NCBI GenBank assembly: GCA_015680685.1
Contig: MNCI01001967.1
Coordinates: 281,066 to 345,065, forward strand
From: Gnetum montanum
Lineage: Eukaryota; Plantae; Gnetophyta
Direction: 5' to 3'
Length of the DNA stretch: 64,000 nucleotides
Under the pieces are notes generated by a model. That model saw only the letters and a program-made list of their open reading frames with translations. It was not told the origin of the DNA and did not search any database. Of the stretch, positions 41,427 through 54,200 are shown piece after piece (the first letter of the stretch is position 1; every line of letters begins with the position of its first letter). The position numbers were made by a program, and so were the translations under genes.

Positions 41427-41559
41427 GGTAGTAATACTATTGATTTGGATGTTCCAAGTTATGGGTTTGATTTTGGTGGGCATTGCTAAGTTATAAAGTT
41501 CTAATTTATCTATATGTCTAGGGGGTAAATACTCTTAAAAACATTTTGGGTTCCAACAC
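41427..41559 (+). mobile_element. Second copy of the tRNA-derived SINE (5'-truncated in the A box)
   Basis: 16-bp TSD CACAAGTTTAATTCCA (41411-41426 / 41557-41572). Body aligns to 14497-14656 (ATGGGTT..TGGTGGGCA..AGTTATAAAGTTCTA..GGGTTCCAACAC). Confidence 0.8.
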
Positions 41560-42966
41560 AAGTTTAATTCCAAACATTATGATAAAACACATGCTAATGT
41601 GGGGTCATAGTAAAAAATATGTTTGGGCTATGCAATCAGGTAGTTAGTCAGCCATAGAAAATTATGATCAAATCTTTTGCCTACCTTAACATTCAACCCA
41701 TGTTAATGGGATAAAGGCACCATGATAATGATGAAATAAGTAATTATTCATAAATTTTTTCATCCATGTCTTTGTGAAGGAAATATATCATCTTGTACTT
41801 TGATTGAAGAATTCCTATTTGACCTCAATGATTTGGTAAAGATTTTAATAGTAAACTTATAATGGTAGTAGCTAAAAGTTGCTTTAATTATTCCTAGACT
41901 TTTGATTGTATACTCTATATACTTTTGTTTTGAAAAGAATACTTGATAGACATTAAAGGCTGAGATTTGCCTATACTTAGATAACTCTTTCATTATGCTT
42001 AATATACTATTTCTACTTTGACTATTAATAACATTGATATAGTTTGCTATGTTGCATGCTTAAGATGATACTTTTAGCATATTGGTCCATTTGATTAGTC
42101 GATAACGGTGGGTCAAATTTAACTTTTCCTTGAAAAAGTATATTTTTATGATCTACATTGTAGACTCCATTGACAATGTTATAAGATTTATTTTAACTAT
42201 AAATTAGTTATATCCATAGATCATAATTACTTTGGTGGATAATTTTTGAAAAAGTCAAAACTTTTGTAAAGTTAGAATTTAAGATTATAGGTCTTCCTAG
42301 GAAAATTATTAAAGATGAAATTATTTTCTCATTTAGTAATCTTCAACAATATTTTATTAAAATGGATAAGTGGAATAAAATATGTATAATAAATATCTAC
42401 CATAACTTGCCTAATTCTTATAACTATTGTCATTTTGAAGGTCACTTGTTTAATTATACTACTGTGAAATTAGATAAAGAATTTATATGCTTTTGTACAA
42501 GGTTTTGATACAACTTTTATTATTTCCAAAACAAACAAGGGTAACTTTTTTTCCTAAGGCAATATATAAAGGTTGAAGCTAAAATAATTGCAAGACAATA
42601 TGGGATAGGAGAAAGACTTGTATTTGCAGAACTCATGAAAGTGCAAAGTGTGACTTAAATTTGTAACGTGAGTAAACTTTTCCTACAACAAGATAATCAA
42701 GCTACCTTAGTGTTGATTGTACCATTATGCGTAATGATGATTGTTATCAATGATTTAAAGGAATGGAAAGCAAGGAACCAACAAATACAAGGGAATTGTC
42801 AACATAATATAGAATAAGCATTCAAAGTTGCATGTTGCAAGTGGAAGGATGGATGAAGAAAGATGATGGCGAAAGCATGTTACAAAAGGGGTCAATGAAC
42901 AGCACGGTGAGAATCAACATTATTATTCTCCATTAAAACCATGGCAGAAAATGCCACGTCTTGTTT

Positions 42967-43968
42967 TTAGGAGGAAGGCATGCCACGCTGGCCAGCATGA
43001 CTAACCAGGGGAAAGTGTTGCTTGTACCATGCTGCTGACTCAGTGGCCTTGGTCACAGTGTTGCCACAGTCAACCAAAAGGTTGTGCCCGCTGACGTAAG
43101 CAGCCTCGTCAGACGCCAGATACAGCACCGCCTGCGCAATGTCCAGCGTGGTCAAATAATGTCCCGGCAAGGGAGACCTCTCTGCCACGAAGGCACAAGC
43201 GTTGTCCATCGTGGCATCCATGTCAGTCAACATGGCGTTAGCGTGGGCCAGCAGCAGCGTGGGAACTCCATCCGGAGACACCATGTTCACCCGCACGCCG
43301 TGGGCCCGGAGTTCCACGCTAGTGCTCCGCATGAGGCCCACGAGGCCGTGCTTCGCCACGCAGTACGAGTGTGGGCTCATGCCGCCCACCACAGCAGCAA
43401 CCGACCCAGTCAGCACTATGGAGCCCCTGCCACGCGGCTTCATGTGGCGCGCCGCGTGCTTCACGCCGAGGAGGGCCCCACGCAGGTTCACGGCCAACGT
43501 GTAGTCGAACTCGTCCACGGGCGTCTCGTCGATGGGGCCCGTCGCGCCGATGATGCCGACGTTGTGGTGCACAATGTCCAGCTGGCCCCCGCCCGCAGCC
43601 GCTGCAGCGTCCACTGCTGCCGCCACCTCGGACTCCTTGCGCACGTTGCAGGCCACGTAGGATGCCAGGTCGCCGATATCTGCCGCCGTGGCAGATGCAT
43701 CCTCCACGTCAGCAATGACGACCCGCGCGCCGTGCACTGCCATGAGGCGGGCTGTCGTCTGGCCGATCCCCGTGGCGCCACCAATGACCAGCGCAGTTTT
43801 GCCCTCCAGCCTGTCACCCAATTCTTGCCACGTCAGCGAAGAGTATAAAAACAAAAAAGCATTTCAGTGCGAAGTTTCGTAGAAAGGAGACTCCTCAAGC
43901 GACCTCTTTGCCTCTGGAGAAGGAATGGCGCACATGTTGCGGAGGAGCCTACGCCTTTGCTGTTTCAT
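42967..43968 (-). CDS. Short-chain dehydrogenase/reductase, SDR110C (ABA2/TS2/secoisolariciresinol-DH-like) family; exons 43968-43904 and 43810-42967 (302 aa, or 291 aa from ATG 43935)
   Basis: 93-bp GT..AG phase-2 intron in KR|LEGK, the usual position in this family. GxxxGIG motif, catalytic N-S-YxxxK (YCVAK), GVRVN.VSP, YVSGHNL.VD. Open frame, GC-rich codons. Confidence 0.9.
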
Positions 43969-46900
43969 CGCCGTCAGCCCCAGCCTGCAGTTACGCGTAA
44001 GATCTCTTTTTAGCTTTTGCATCGACTCAGAGCAGAAAATTCATAGAATTGGAACTTTAGGATAAGCAATGTTAAAGCCCTTTAACCTTTCGTGAATGCG
44101 TTTCACGTGCGCAGCCTTCATCTGGTTCATTCTTTTGGAAGATAACGCTAGGAATTGTGTTCTAAAGTTGTCAAAATATTACTTCCTGGAGTAAATCAAC
44201 TTTCACTTTTGGATACTATTTGCTTCAAGAAACACTAAAGAAGCTCTCTCCAGTGGCCAAAGTGTTTGTAATGTCGAACGTTTTGTTTTGGACAACAGAG
44301 GAATGGCGTTTAGGTTGCTTGATTTTATTGATATTTTGAGGTCTTCGCAAAAGAAACATTCCAGTAAATCATATAACGAGGTAAGGTTATGCTTTCTTTT
44401 TTTCTAGTTGTTTTGCTGGCATGTTAGATTAGCAAGTTCATTTACAAAACGTTTCCTGTTACAGCAGGGAACCAAAGCCTTTTTATTCAATTGCGTCATT
44501 TGCGTGTACACTGAAAGCTTGGCGTCCATGTTCATGCCATTGATCGTAGAGTTCCTCGGATCAAATCCAATGTGCAATTACAGTCTTCGCAATGCACAGA
44601 AATAGAGAACCGTTTCCTTGTACCAGAGTAACGATTAATCTTTCAAGAAAAAACTCATCTTCAGTATTGAAATTTTCTTTTCATAAGACGAGGATATCAG
44701 GCTAGATTTCTAAGATTATTTAAATAACCAAAGAAGCATTGAATAATTATCAGATAATTATCTTTTTAGGTGCAAAGCAACCCTGCAAACACAATAGTAC
44801 CACTGTACCATCCACAGCTTCCATATTTGCATCCTATGGATGGTACAATAGTTACTCATTTTGATTTGCTTTGTTATTGCAAACTGGAAATCCTCCGCAT
44901 AAATCGAACTGGGCAAGCCGAACCTCCGGGGACATTAGCATCCAACATTTTAATCCTGAAGAAGCTGTTATTTTTCTGCATTCTGATTCCTTCTGTATCT
45001 GGTGCAGGCCGAAGCTAAACAGCTAAAATAAACGTGTCGGTAGCGGAGACGTTTCTTTGAGCTTCCTCAATTGAAGATTCTTAAAATGATGTGTTTTGTG
45101 CAGATGCTGGATCGGTAGATTTCACATATTATATTTAGAAAATGGTTTGGTTTCGGTTAATTCTGTAGTGTTTCACCTAGATTAATTTTCGCATATTGAG
45201 TCCACCATTTTTATTGTTTTTTTAGTCTATTAGTCTACTATGATTCATAAATCTGTAACATATTCATAGATTGAACATCGTCGAATTCACCCAACCAAAC
45301 ATGCCCCTAAAGCATACAGCTGGCCGTAAAATATTGTACGAATGTAAGAATGTTTGACTCTACGCGACACCCTGTGATCGTTGTAAGCTCTGCTACGGCT
45401 ATTTAAACGCATAGATTAACTAACCAGGACTTGACTTGTCCGCACTTGGCTTTAGATTAATGGCCTCGAGCTGCTAACCAGGACTTCACTTGTCCACATT
45501 CGGCTTTCGTCCTGCTGCGCACCGTTTTCAGGGTGCATTCTGGCATTAAAAAGTCTCTTCCGGACTTCCTAAATATGGTCATTTCTGATTTAGAAGGGAA
45601 CCAGTGAAATTGCAAGGCCAAAACTAGCTTTTCAGCATGGACTGGAAGTCTGGCTTTTGATTGAAGTTTCAAGGGCAACAGCATGGATTTTAAGTCTTAA
45701 CCCCGGGTTCTGGATGCAACCTATAAATTTCTTACTTCAATCTCCTGTGCTTTGGTATTTGGCCAGTTAGGACTGGTGGTGCCAAAGCCCAAAGCGTTTT
45801 ACCGGAACAAAAATGTCTTGTTTCTATTAAATATCAACTCCAGATCGCCAGATCGCCTGAGATTTCCTTTATTCTCATGAAAGGCTTATACCATATAATT
45901 TTTCAGAAAGTATACTACTCTGTTGTAGAAGGGACCCCTGGATATGAGAACCACCGCAGGCGCGGTTTGGTTTGTCTCTCCCCTATTCGACAACAGCTTC
46001 ATAGTATAAGTATTTCTGTTGCACTATTGATGATAGTTCGGCATTCTCGTCAGTTGAAGCATCTAATTAGTTCTACTCTATGATATGATTTCCCAGAAAA
46101 GAGCTAAACTTAGGGAATGAACCTGGATGTATGATAGATACTTTTCTTCTTGCCTATTACGGTAAGATCTGTAGTTTAACTATTTTTTGATCCTTGATGA
46201 GGAAGACTGAATCAGAATGCATGATAAGCTGTTGAGAAAATAATCCTGATAAAAAGTTGCATTTGCTTTTTCATTGTCCTCAATTTTCAATTTTAGTCGA
46301 GGCATTTGCTGCTGGCAATGTACATAACAAAAATAGGAGATCATTGATACCAGAGATTATAAGTAGCCACTGTAAAGTTATTATCCAAATGTATCTAATG
46401 ACAAGTCAAGTATATGATCAAGCAGGTGATTCATGCTTAATTCCACAATACAATCTGCACAATTTAACAGCCTCATTCTATCAATTTCCAGAAGGCAGAG
46501 CACAAAGTTACCCCATAAGTTGCCATATTCCACTGGATTTGTTTTGTTAAAGATTTTACAGTTCCTACTTTGATATCGAATTAATATCGAAGGTACTATA
46601 TATCGATCAGCTCCTGAGAAATCACCCATCGAAGATTTACAAAGTTCATATTTTGACTAAATCCCAACACCTGTTGCTAAGATTACCGTTGTTGAGCCTC
46701 CTCCCTCGTTGTTCCAAGCCCTTTGCATTTTGATCTAACTAGGGTGGGTTGTTCGTGACTTCGTGTTACCTCATTAACAGACCACTGTGGATAAACAATT
46801 GAAATCTATCTGGTTGAATCATTTCTATCATAATAAAAATTAAACCCTGGACAATATCTGTTATTGCTTTTTAAATCAAAAGGCTGATTCTCTCTGAGAC

Positions 46901-47587
46901 GTGCTTGAACGGAAACTATGAAAACCCTCACAGTACTCAATCTGTCGTATGACTAATTCAAAAACAAACCGTGCCACCAGTGCCACAAATCTTGCAGAGG
47001 ACCAGAGATGGAGTATCACCAAAATTTTAAAAAAGCTTTTCAAGCAAAATCCTAACTGAAATCACTAGTAGCAGTTGTAACATCCTGCAGAAGAGCATAC
47101 CTCAAGAAGACTGTCGCCTGGGACATCATTGGTGCTCAGAAAACCAAGCTGTGGATCTAAAATGTCTCCGGCAACTCAAATCAGGTGAGGTGAGGCTCTG
47201 AGTTCAATCCAGATTCCAGTGGAGGAAGCAGACGCTACCGTAAATTTTTAAAGATAGGATTAGCACAGAATCCATGTAGCAGATCAGGTTGGAAAACACA
47301 CAAAGTCAAGCTCGTAACAGAAGCTGCGACGGCATGAACCACGAGATTGGTGGGTGCTGAGCAGTCGAGATCCGGTCACATGTCATGGTTTTTGTTCGTC
47401 ATGGCGCACCATGTCGGATCGTTACGATTAACAGCGTCTTTTTTCGCTATGTACTATGCTGTCATGACCGTTCATTACAGCTGTTACGCATGATAAAACA
47501 AAATGTTCCCCGTATCATTTTATTTTCAAGCTTATGCTTTTGTCAACCCTTATAATGTGTTTATTTTTCCCGTTTGCCACATGTAGC

Positions 47588-48421
47588 AAGTTCTTTCTAA
47601 CTTTGTTGTGCATAAGTTGCATAATAATATTCCTTGGTATGAAGATTGGTTTTGGCCTGACGGTTCCCCTCTTTGCTCTTTACGTATCTCTAAAGCCAAA
47701 TCTTGGTTTCATGCGCAAGCTTTTCAATTTTCCACTATAAATAGACGTTGGAGTTTACATTTTGAGGATCACCAGTGGAAAATTATTTTTCGTCGGATTT
47801 GGACTTCCAAGGCCCAACCTAAGCATCATTTCTTGTTTTGGTCCTTGGTTCATCAAGGTCTTCCCATCGGACATAGGCTTCATTTGTTAGGAATTGATCA
47901 TCCTAAATGCCCCATTTGTAAAGCGGATGATTCTTTTCAACACGTCTTTTGGGATTGTTCATTCTCTCAATACATTTAGAAATGGTGTCAATCTCTCCGA
48001 GTCTTCCTTCCTAATCATTTTATTCGTTTTCCTCAATGTATCCTTCAAGATGATTGTGTTAAGCGTCATCTTCAAAAAGCCTGGAAAATCCTCCTATTTG
48101 AGATTATCTTCTTTATTTGAAAATGTCGTCTAGATGCTTGGTATAAACACAAACTACAATGAATTTGACTACGGTATGAAATGCTCTATTGCTAGTAATG
48201 TTCAACTTCACTGTCGTGGCTTTCTCAATAATATTACCTTTTCCAACTGAATTCTCTTTGAATTAGGTGTATTGATCTCCTTCTTCAGTTGTCATTCCGG
48301 GGGTGCGATAAGCTTTTGTCTTGTTGCAGGTTGACTGGGGGTCATCTTGCAACATTGGGCTCTGTTAAGGTTTTGGATTTAATTTTTCTTCTGCAGCTAG
48401 CACATCACCTTAACAACCCCC
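47588..48421 (+). mobile_element. 5'-truncated L1 (zf-RVT + 3' UTR) ending in a C-run, no poly(A)
   Basis: 11-bp TSD CCACATGTAGC (47577-47587 / 48422-48432). PKHHFLFWSLVHQGLPIG..CPIC...DSFQHVFWDC, homologous to ORF2 near 54550-54700. Ends ACCTTAACAACCCCC. Confidence 0.85.
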
Positions 48422-50357
48422 CCACATGTAGCTGGCAGATTCAATTTCATCCATTTCTTTGCAGATTGTTTCTTGTCAGGCTTTATTGGCTTCAAAAGGG
48501 TATGTCGCAGCACTGTTGCAGCGTTCCTGTTGCAGGTGCCTGCAAACATACCACAGACGTTTTATGGGATCTGACACCATTAATATTTTTTATAAATTTA
48601 CGGAATGCAAATACGTTATCTGGTATTTGACGGTTTCACAAAAGGCTGTAATAGAGAAAAAAAGAACCCTAATTCTTTACGGGAATCCATAATCCACCTT
48701 GTCTTATTTGTGTACTTGTAATAAACCCATATGATGCATTCACGTGAACAGGGAAGAGCGTGGAGGGTATTAAATTTGCAGTTTAAGCGCGGATTACATC
48801 AACCTGATATTGAAATGACTATGACAGTATATAATACTAGCTACTTCCTGGTCCACAGGTACCCTTCGAGATGAAAGCGTTTCGAGCCGTTAAAGGCATC
48901 ATTGGCCAGGAGCTTTGTGGTAGCTATTCAATATTCAATGATAGATATCGATACTAGAGACATTGGACAGCGGACACAAAAAAAAGGTACCTACTTCTGT
49001 AATTTAAAAACTTGAAGGGAATTCATAGGGACCTGTATTATCACATCCTTGGTGCAGGATTTCCCAGAAACGAAGGACTTCCTATCAAGTTCGAAGATTT
49101 GTGTTCGGCTTTGGCTCATTAACTCTTATCTTTTTGGAACTTTGTTTAACTGGATGAACATTAAGGCTCACGGGTAATGATCCTTTTACTTTTGTCAAAT
49201 TTTACTTTGATTTTTTTACTTTGATTTTTTGTAGAAAGGTTGAATGATCCTTGAACTTATCAATTTTTACTTTGGCATTTCATGGAAGGGTTGAATTTAA
49301 CTGGTTTGAGTTACTCAAAAAAATTAGGCTTTCACTCATTTTCTGAGGATCCTACATACTCCTCTAACCCATGTCCCTTTCAATGAGTATTGAGGCTCCA
49401 AGTAATATTCCTTTAAAGACTTTTGTCAACAATACATGGGTTAGGAGTAGTTACATGAAGTGTAAGGTGTGGCTAGAAGATTAGGACCGGTTACTCATCG
49501 CATAGGCTAGTTTAGATTTGTTCTGCTATTACTTAGAATTAGAAACTTTTACTCTCACTTCATGATTATTAGGATCATAATGGCCAATTCAGCTATCTCA
49601 CCATGAGTTAAACCATACACATTGATTTTACTAACTCATGTGGGAAGACAACGATCGTGAATGCTAACTAATTACTGATATAATCACATTGCCTTATCTG
49701 CAAAGTTTGATTGGGATTTTGCATGAACACTTGTATCTCATATGCTTGGGTGTTGGATATTCCATCGCTCATTAGTACAAAAGAGGTATGAACAATGAAT
49801 CAATGTAGGAGAAATGCAAATGCTTAAATGGATGTTGAATGTTATCAAATGAGATAAATTATACAATATAGACATTAGAGAGACTTGGAGTGGCTTCTAT
49901 TTCAAATAAGCTACACAAATAGTGTCTTAAATGGTTTAGACATATGCAATGAAGATAGATAACAAGCCTATAAAACAAGGTTGCTACCTAACTATTCCAA
50001 GAAAGCCACTCAAAGAAAGACCAAAAAGATATGAGCAAAATTTGTTAGGATAAGACTAATTTGATGATGATTTAAGTGATTCACCATGTATATGCAAACA
50101 TCTTCCAAGATTAATAAGTTGAAACAAAGCTAAGATAATGATGATATATGTATTTCACAATCTATATGCCAGCATCCTTTAAAATTAATTTTAAAAATCG
50201 ACAAAGATGGTTGACATATAATAGTAAGAGGCATAGTCAGCCTTACGTTGCCCAATATTAATAAAGATGAATTTAATCGGGTAGGCAAAGATGCTTGACA
50301 TAACATATAATAGTAAAGGGCATAGTCAGCCTTACGTTGCACAATATTAATAAAGAA

Positions 50358-51221
50358 ATGGCTCGTCATTTTATTTTGGTAGAATTATCTGACGCTTCAC
50401 AGGTCGAAACGGCTCTCTCAAAAAAAAATTTTCCAACTAGAAATGCAACCCTTATCGCACGCCCCTGGAGTTTTGACTTTAATGTCAATGACCCCGCTTT
50501 TAATATAATTCCTTGTTACATAGAATTGCCCAACCTTCCACACATTTTCTCCCCGGTTGAGAGGGACATAGTTAGCACCCTGGGCCCTATTATTTCCGAT
50601 CATTGTAAGGCGATCAATGGAACTCAAATTCGACGTTACTGTATTGAACTGGATATAGCCCGTCGGAAGACCTCATTAAACCTCGGTGCTGGTGGAAAAA
50701 TCTTTACCCAAAAAGTGGACTATTTTTACCTTCCAAACTCATGTAGCTATTGTCATAGGGCCGAGCATCATATCTCGGTGTGTCCCATCCTAACCAGGAA
50801 AAAACAATCAGTAGCCTCTCAAAAGACTGGTTCCCTAGTCACACCACTAGTCGGCCCATCCTCCGTACCCTTCAAATTCGGATCTCCTCTCCCAACATCT
50901 CCTAAATCCTCCTCTCAACCTAGCCGCTCCAAGCTCCAGAAACAACAGTCAGGTACTTACACCTCCACCCAGGTCATCCCTTCAAACGTTGTCAAGAACT
51001 CATTCTCGGAGGATGAGTTCGTGGTGGCCAGTGGTAGAAAACGAGTCAAAGCTTCCCTTCGTTCTACTTCTACCTCCACCTCCTCTTCACTAGACACTTC
51101 CATGGCCCTTGTCCCCACCAACAACTCCTTTGCCCTCTTGTCAGGAACAAAGGAAACTGATACTTCGACTCCCAAACCTTTGGTTACCCTCCCATCCAAC
51201 CCACCCCTGGTTTCCTCATGA
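50358..51221 (+). CDS. L1 ORF1 C-terminal part (DUF4283-like end, CCHC knuckle, Ser-rich tail)
   Basis: ..ARPWS..IPCYIELPNLP..LG..RYCIELD..QKVDYFYLPNSCSYCHRAEHHISVCP. The N-terminal codons in the ORF track (50337-50356) come from flank/TSD. Confidence 0.85.
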   Translation: MARHFILVELSDASQVETALSKKNFPTRNATLIARPWSFDFNVNDPAFNIIPCYIELPNLPHIFSPVERDIVSTLGPIISDHCKAINGTQIRRYCIELDIARRKTSLNLGAGGKIFTQKVDYFYLPNSCSYCHRAEHHISVCPILTRKKQSVASQKTGSLVTPLVGPSSVPFKFGSPLPTSPKSSSQPSRSKLQKQQSGTYTSTQVIPSNVVKNSFSEDEFVVASGRKRVKASLRSTSTSTSSSLDTSMALVPTNNSFALLSGTKETDTSTPKPLVTLPSNPPLVSS

Positions 51222-54200
51222 ATCTCTTTTCTTGGAATGTTCGAGGCCTTACTGATAGGCTTCGACGAAAGCGAGCAGGCAACTTTATATCTAGTCTTAA
51301 TTCGACTTTTGATTTCATTCTTCTTCAAGAAATTAAGATTTCCGCCAACCTTTTATCCTATTCCGCCCATTGGTTTCTTCCTCACTCCTCAATCCTAGCG
51401 ACATCCCATGCTTGTGGGAAAGGAGGAGCGGCCATTCTCCTCTCACCCTATTGGAAAACTAAAATCCTTCAAAGCGGTTCGGATTCTGGGCATAGAGTTT
51501 CCTGGGCCACTTTCTCCTCCCAGCATGGCCCCTTTGGCATTTGCTCGATATATGCCCCAAACGACTCCACAGAACGGGCTCTCCTTTGGCATGAACTTGC
51601 CACTTCTCTCCCCCCAATGCCTTGGATATTCGGAGGAGATTTTAATATGGTAGAATTCCCTCAAGATAAGCTCGGAGGGGCATTTCTTCAATTGCCCAAT
51701 CTCGAGTATCAGGCCTGGTCTGCGTTTACGAAACGATTTTACCTCTCAGACGGAGCAGACAACTCCATGAGCGCTTCCCCCCATCGATTCACCTGGAGCA
51801 ATCTCCGTCTAGGGCAAGCTCGCATCTATAGTAGGTTAGATAGGTTCCATTTCTCCACCCTCTCCTTTTGGCAAGCTTGCTCTGCCACTACAGTCCATCA
51901 TCATGCCACCTTATCCGACCACCTTCCTATCTCCATATCTATCCAGCTACATGGTAGCCCTAACCGACAACAATTCCATCTTTTCAGACTGCACAACAAA
52001 TGTTTTTCTTCCCCCACTGCCCAACTTCTTCTCTCCAACCTTTGGAATGCCGAACCTAGGCCCCTAAATCAGACGGGTTGGATTAATTGGTGGCATCGTG
52101 CTTCATGTCGAGTGCGAAATTTCACTCGTTCATACGGTAAGACCGTGGCTGCTCAAGCCAAACTTGAATACAACAAAATTCACCTCACCATTGAGCATCT
52201 CACTATCAAACTAGCTCATGATCCCTTCAATACTCTAATTCACGAGGAGCTAGCTAGAGCACGCGTAGCCTTCCAACATTGGGATGTGTACCATGCAGAA
52301 AGTGCCTTAACTAAAAGTCGGCTCACTTGGTTAAATATTCAAGATGAACACTGTAAGGAATTTTTTAAATATCTTAATGCTGCTTCCCCCTCGCATGCTA
52401 TCGACAAAATCTCATGTGAGGGTACTACCATTACTGACCACAATAGTATCCTCTCTTATCTCAAGAACCACTACGAAACCCTTTTTGCTGCTACCCCAAT
52501 GGACATCTCTTCGTTCAAGGCTGCCACCCCTGATTATCCTCGTCTTATTAATCCTACTATGCTACAAAGCCTTGAAGCTGATATTACTTTAGCGGAGCTA
52601 CAGGAGGCTTGTTCCAAGTTACGTCGCGGTAAGGCTCCTGGTTATGATGGGTTTCCAGCAGAATTTTTTCAAAATCATTGGGATTTGGTGGGCAAGGACC
52701 TTATGCAGGTCATTAACGAGGCTATCTTCACTGGTTCCCTCGGGCCCAATCTAAATCAAGGGGTAATTCGTCTCCTCCCCAAGTCTGGGGATCTAACCGA
52801 TATCTCCAATTGGCGTCCCATAACTCTTCTCAATGTAGTGTATAAAATTTGGGCGAAGTGCCTTGCCTTACGGCTGAAAAAAATTCTCGGTCAGATCATA
52901 TCTCCTCAGCAAACAGGGTTTGTTCCGGGCAGGTATATTTTAGACAATGTGGTAGCGGCGTGGGAAGGTCTCAAGTGGGCTGAGGACGATGGACAAGATA
53001 TTCTCCTAGTGAAACTAGATTATGCCAAGGCTTATGACAACATTAAGTGGGATTTTATCTTGCAGACTATGACCAAATTGGGTTTTGGACCCAAGTTCTT
53101 GCATATGGTGACATGCTTATTCTCAGATGCTACTGCGAGAATTGCCACTACCTTCGGCATTACCTCTCCCTTTCCAATCCATAGGTCTGTGCGCCAAGGT
53201 TGTCCTCTCGCCCCCTATCTCTTCATCATTGCATCAGACTTTCTTTGTCATCAAATAAACCTGGACATTAAAACTAAAGTTCTCACTGGGGTTAGCCTTT
53301 CCTCCTCTCAACAACAGCTTCTCAATATGCACTTTGCCGATGACTCCTTTTTTCTAGTTCAAAACACAGCCACCAATTTGCACCGCCTCTTATCAAGGGT
53401 GGAGCAATATTGCACACTCTCAGGTTCCATAATTAATTGGAATAAATCCTCTGTTTATAGCTTTAAGGGCAATTACAACCATGTGACCCACTATAAGTGG
53501 AAGCAACTTCAAGATCAAGACATCGTTAAGATTCTGGGAATCCCTTTCCGCTTCAGAGGCTCAACATCTATCCTTTGGGAGCAAGTTATTCATCGAATTC
53601 AAAAGAAACTCGATAAATGGAAAACTAAGCCCCTCACACTTGCGGGTAAATACCTTATCTGTAAGTCCATATGCGCATCCACCCATGTGTATTACTCTTC
53701 GTGTTGGGCCCCTTCCCAAGCTGCCTACCAGAAGTTAGAACGGTTATTCCGTGACTTTATGTGGTCCTCCAAGGACTCTCAAAAAGGCTTTCATCGTGTC
53801 GCTTGGACTATTGTTACTCTCCCCAAGAATAAGGGCGGCTTAGGCCTTTTAAACTCCTATAAGCAAGGAATTACCTTGGTTGCTAAGTGGTTGGTACAAC
53901 ATTTAGATGCCTCAAATATTATAGGGACCCTCCTCCAATTAAGGCTTCATCAAGCCTTTCCTAAAAATAAGCCCTTCTGGCAAGACATCCATTTCGTTAA
54001 TTGGATTATTTCCCCCCTCACTATCATTCTTCCCGGATCTCATGTCTTCAAAAGCATTTGGAGGGCCTGGCAAATTGTTCACACTCACATAGACTGGACT
54101 ACCGTTAAAATCAATCCTACTATCCTCTCTAAAGTGTGTCCGTGGTGGTTACCTCTGTCACCCGCTCCCCTAGCTATCACAAATGCTAAGGTGGCTACCT

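Noticed and set aside
43084-43882. Overlapping ORFs of 254, 109, 100, 64 and 60 aa around the SDR
   Set aside because: Shadow frames caused by GC-rich codon usage; no motifs.
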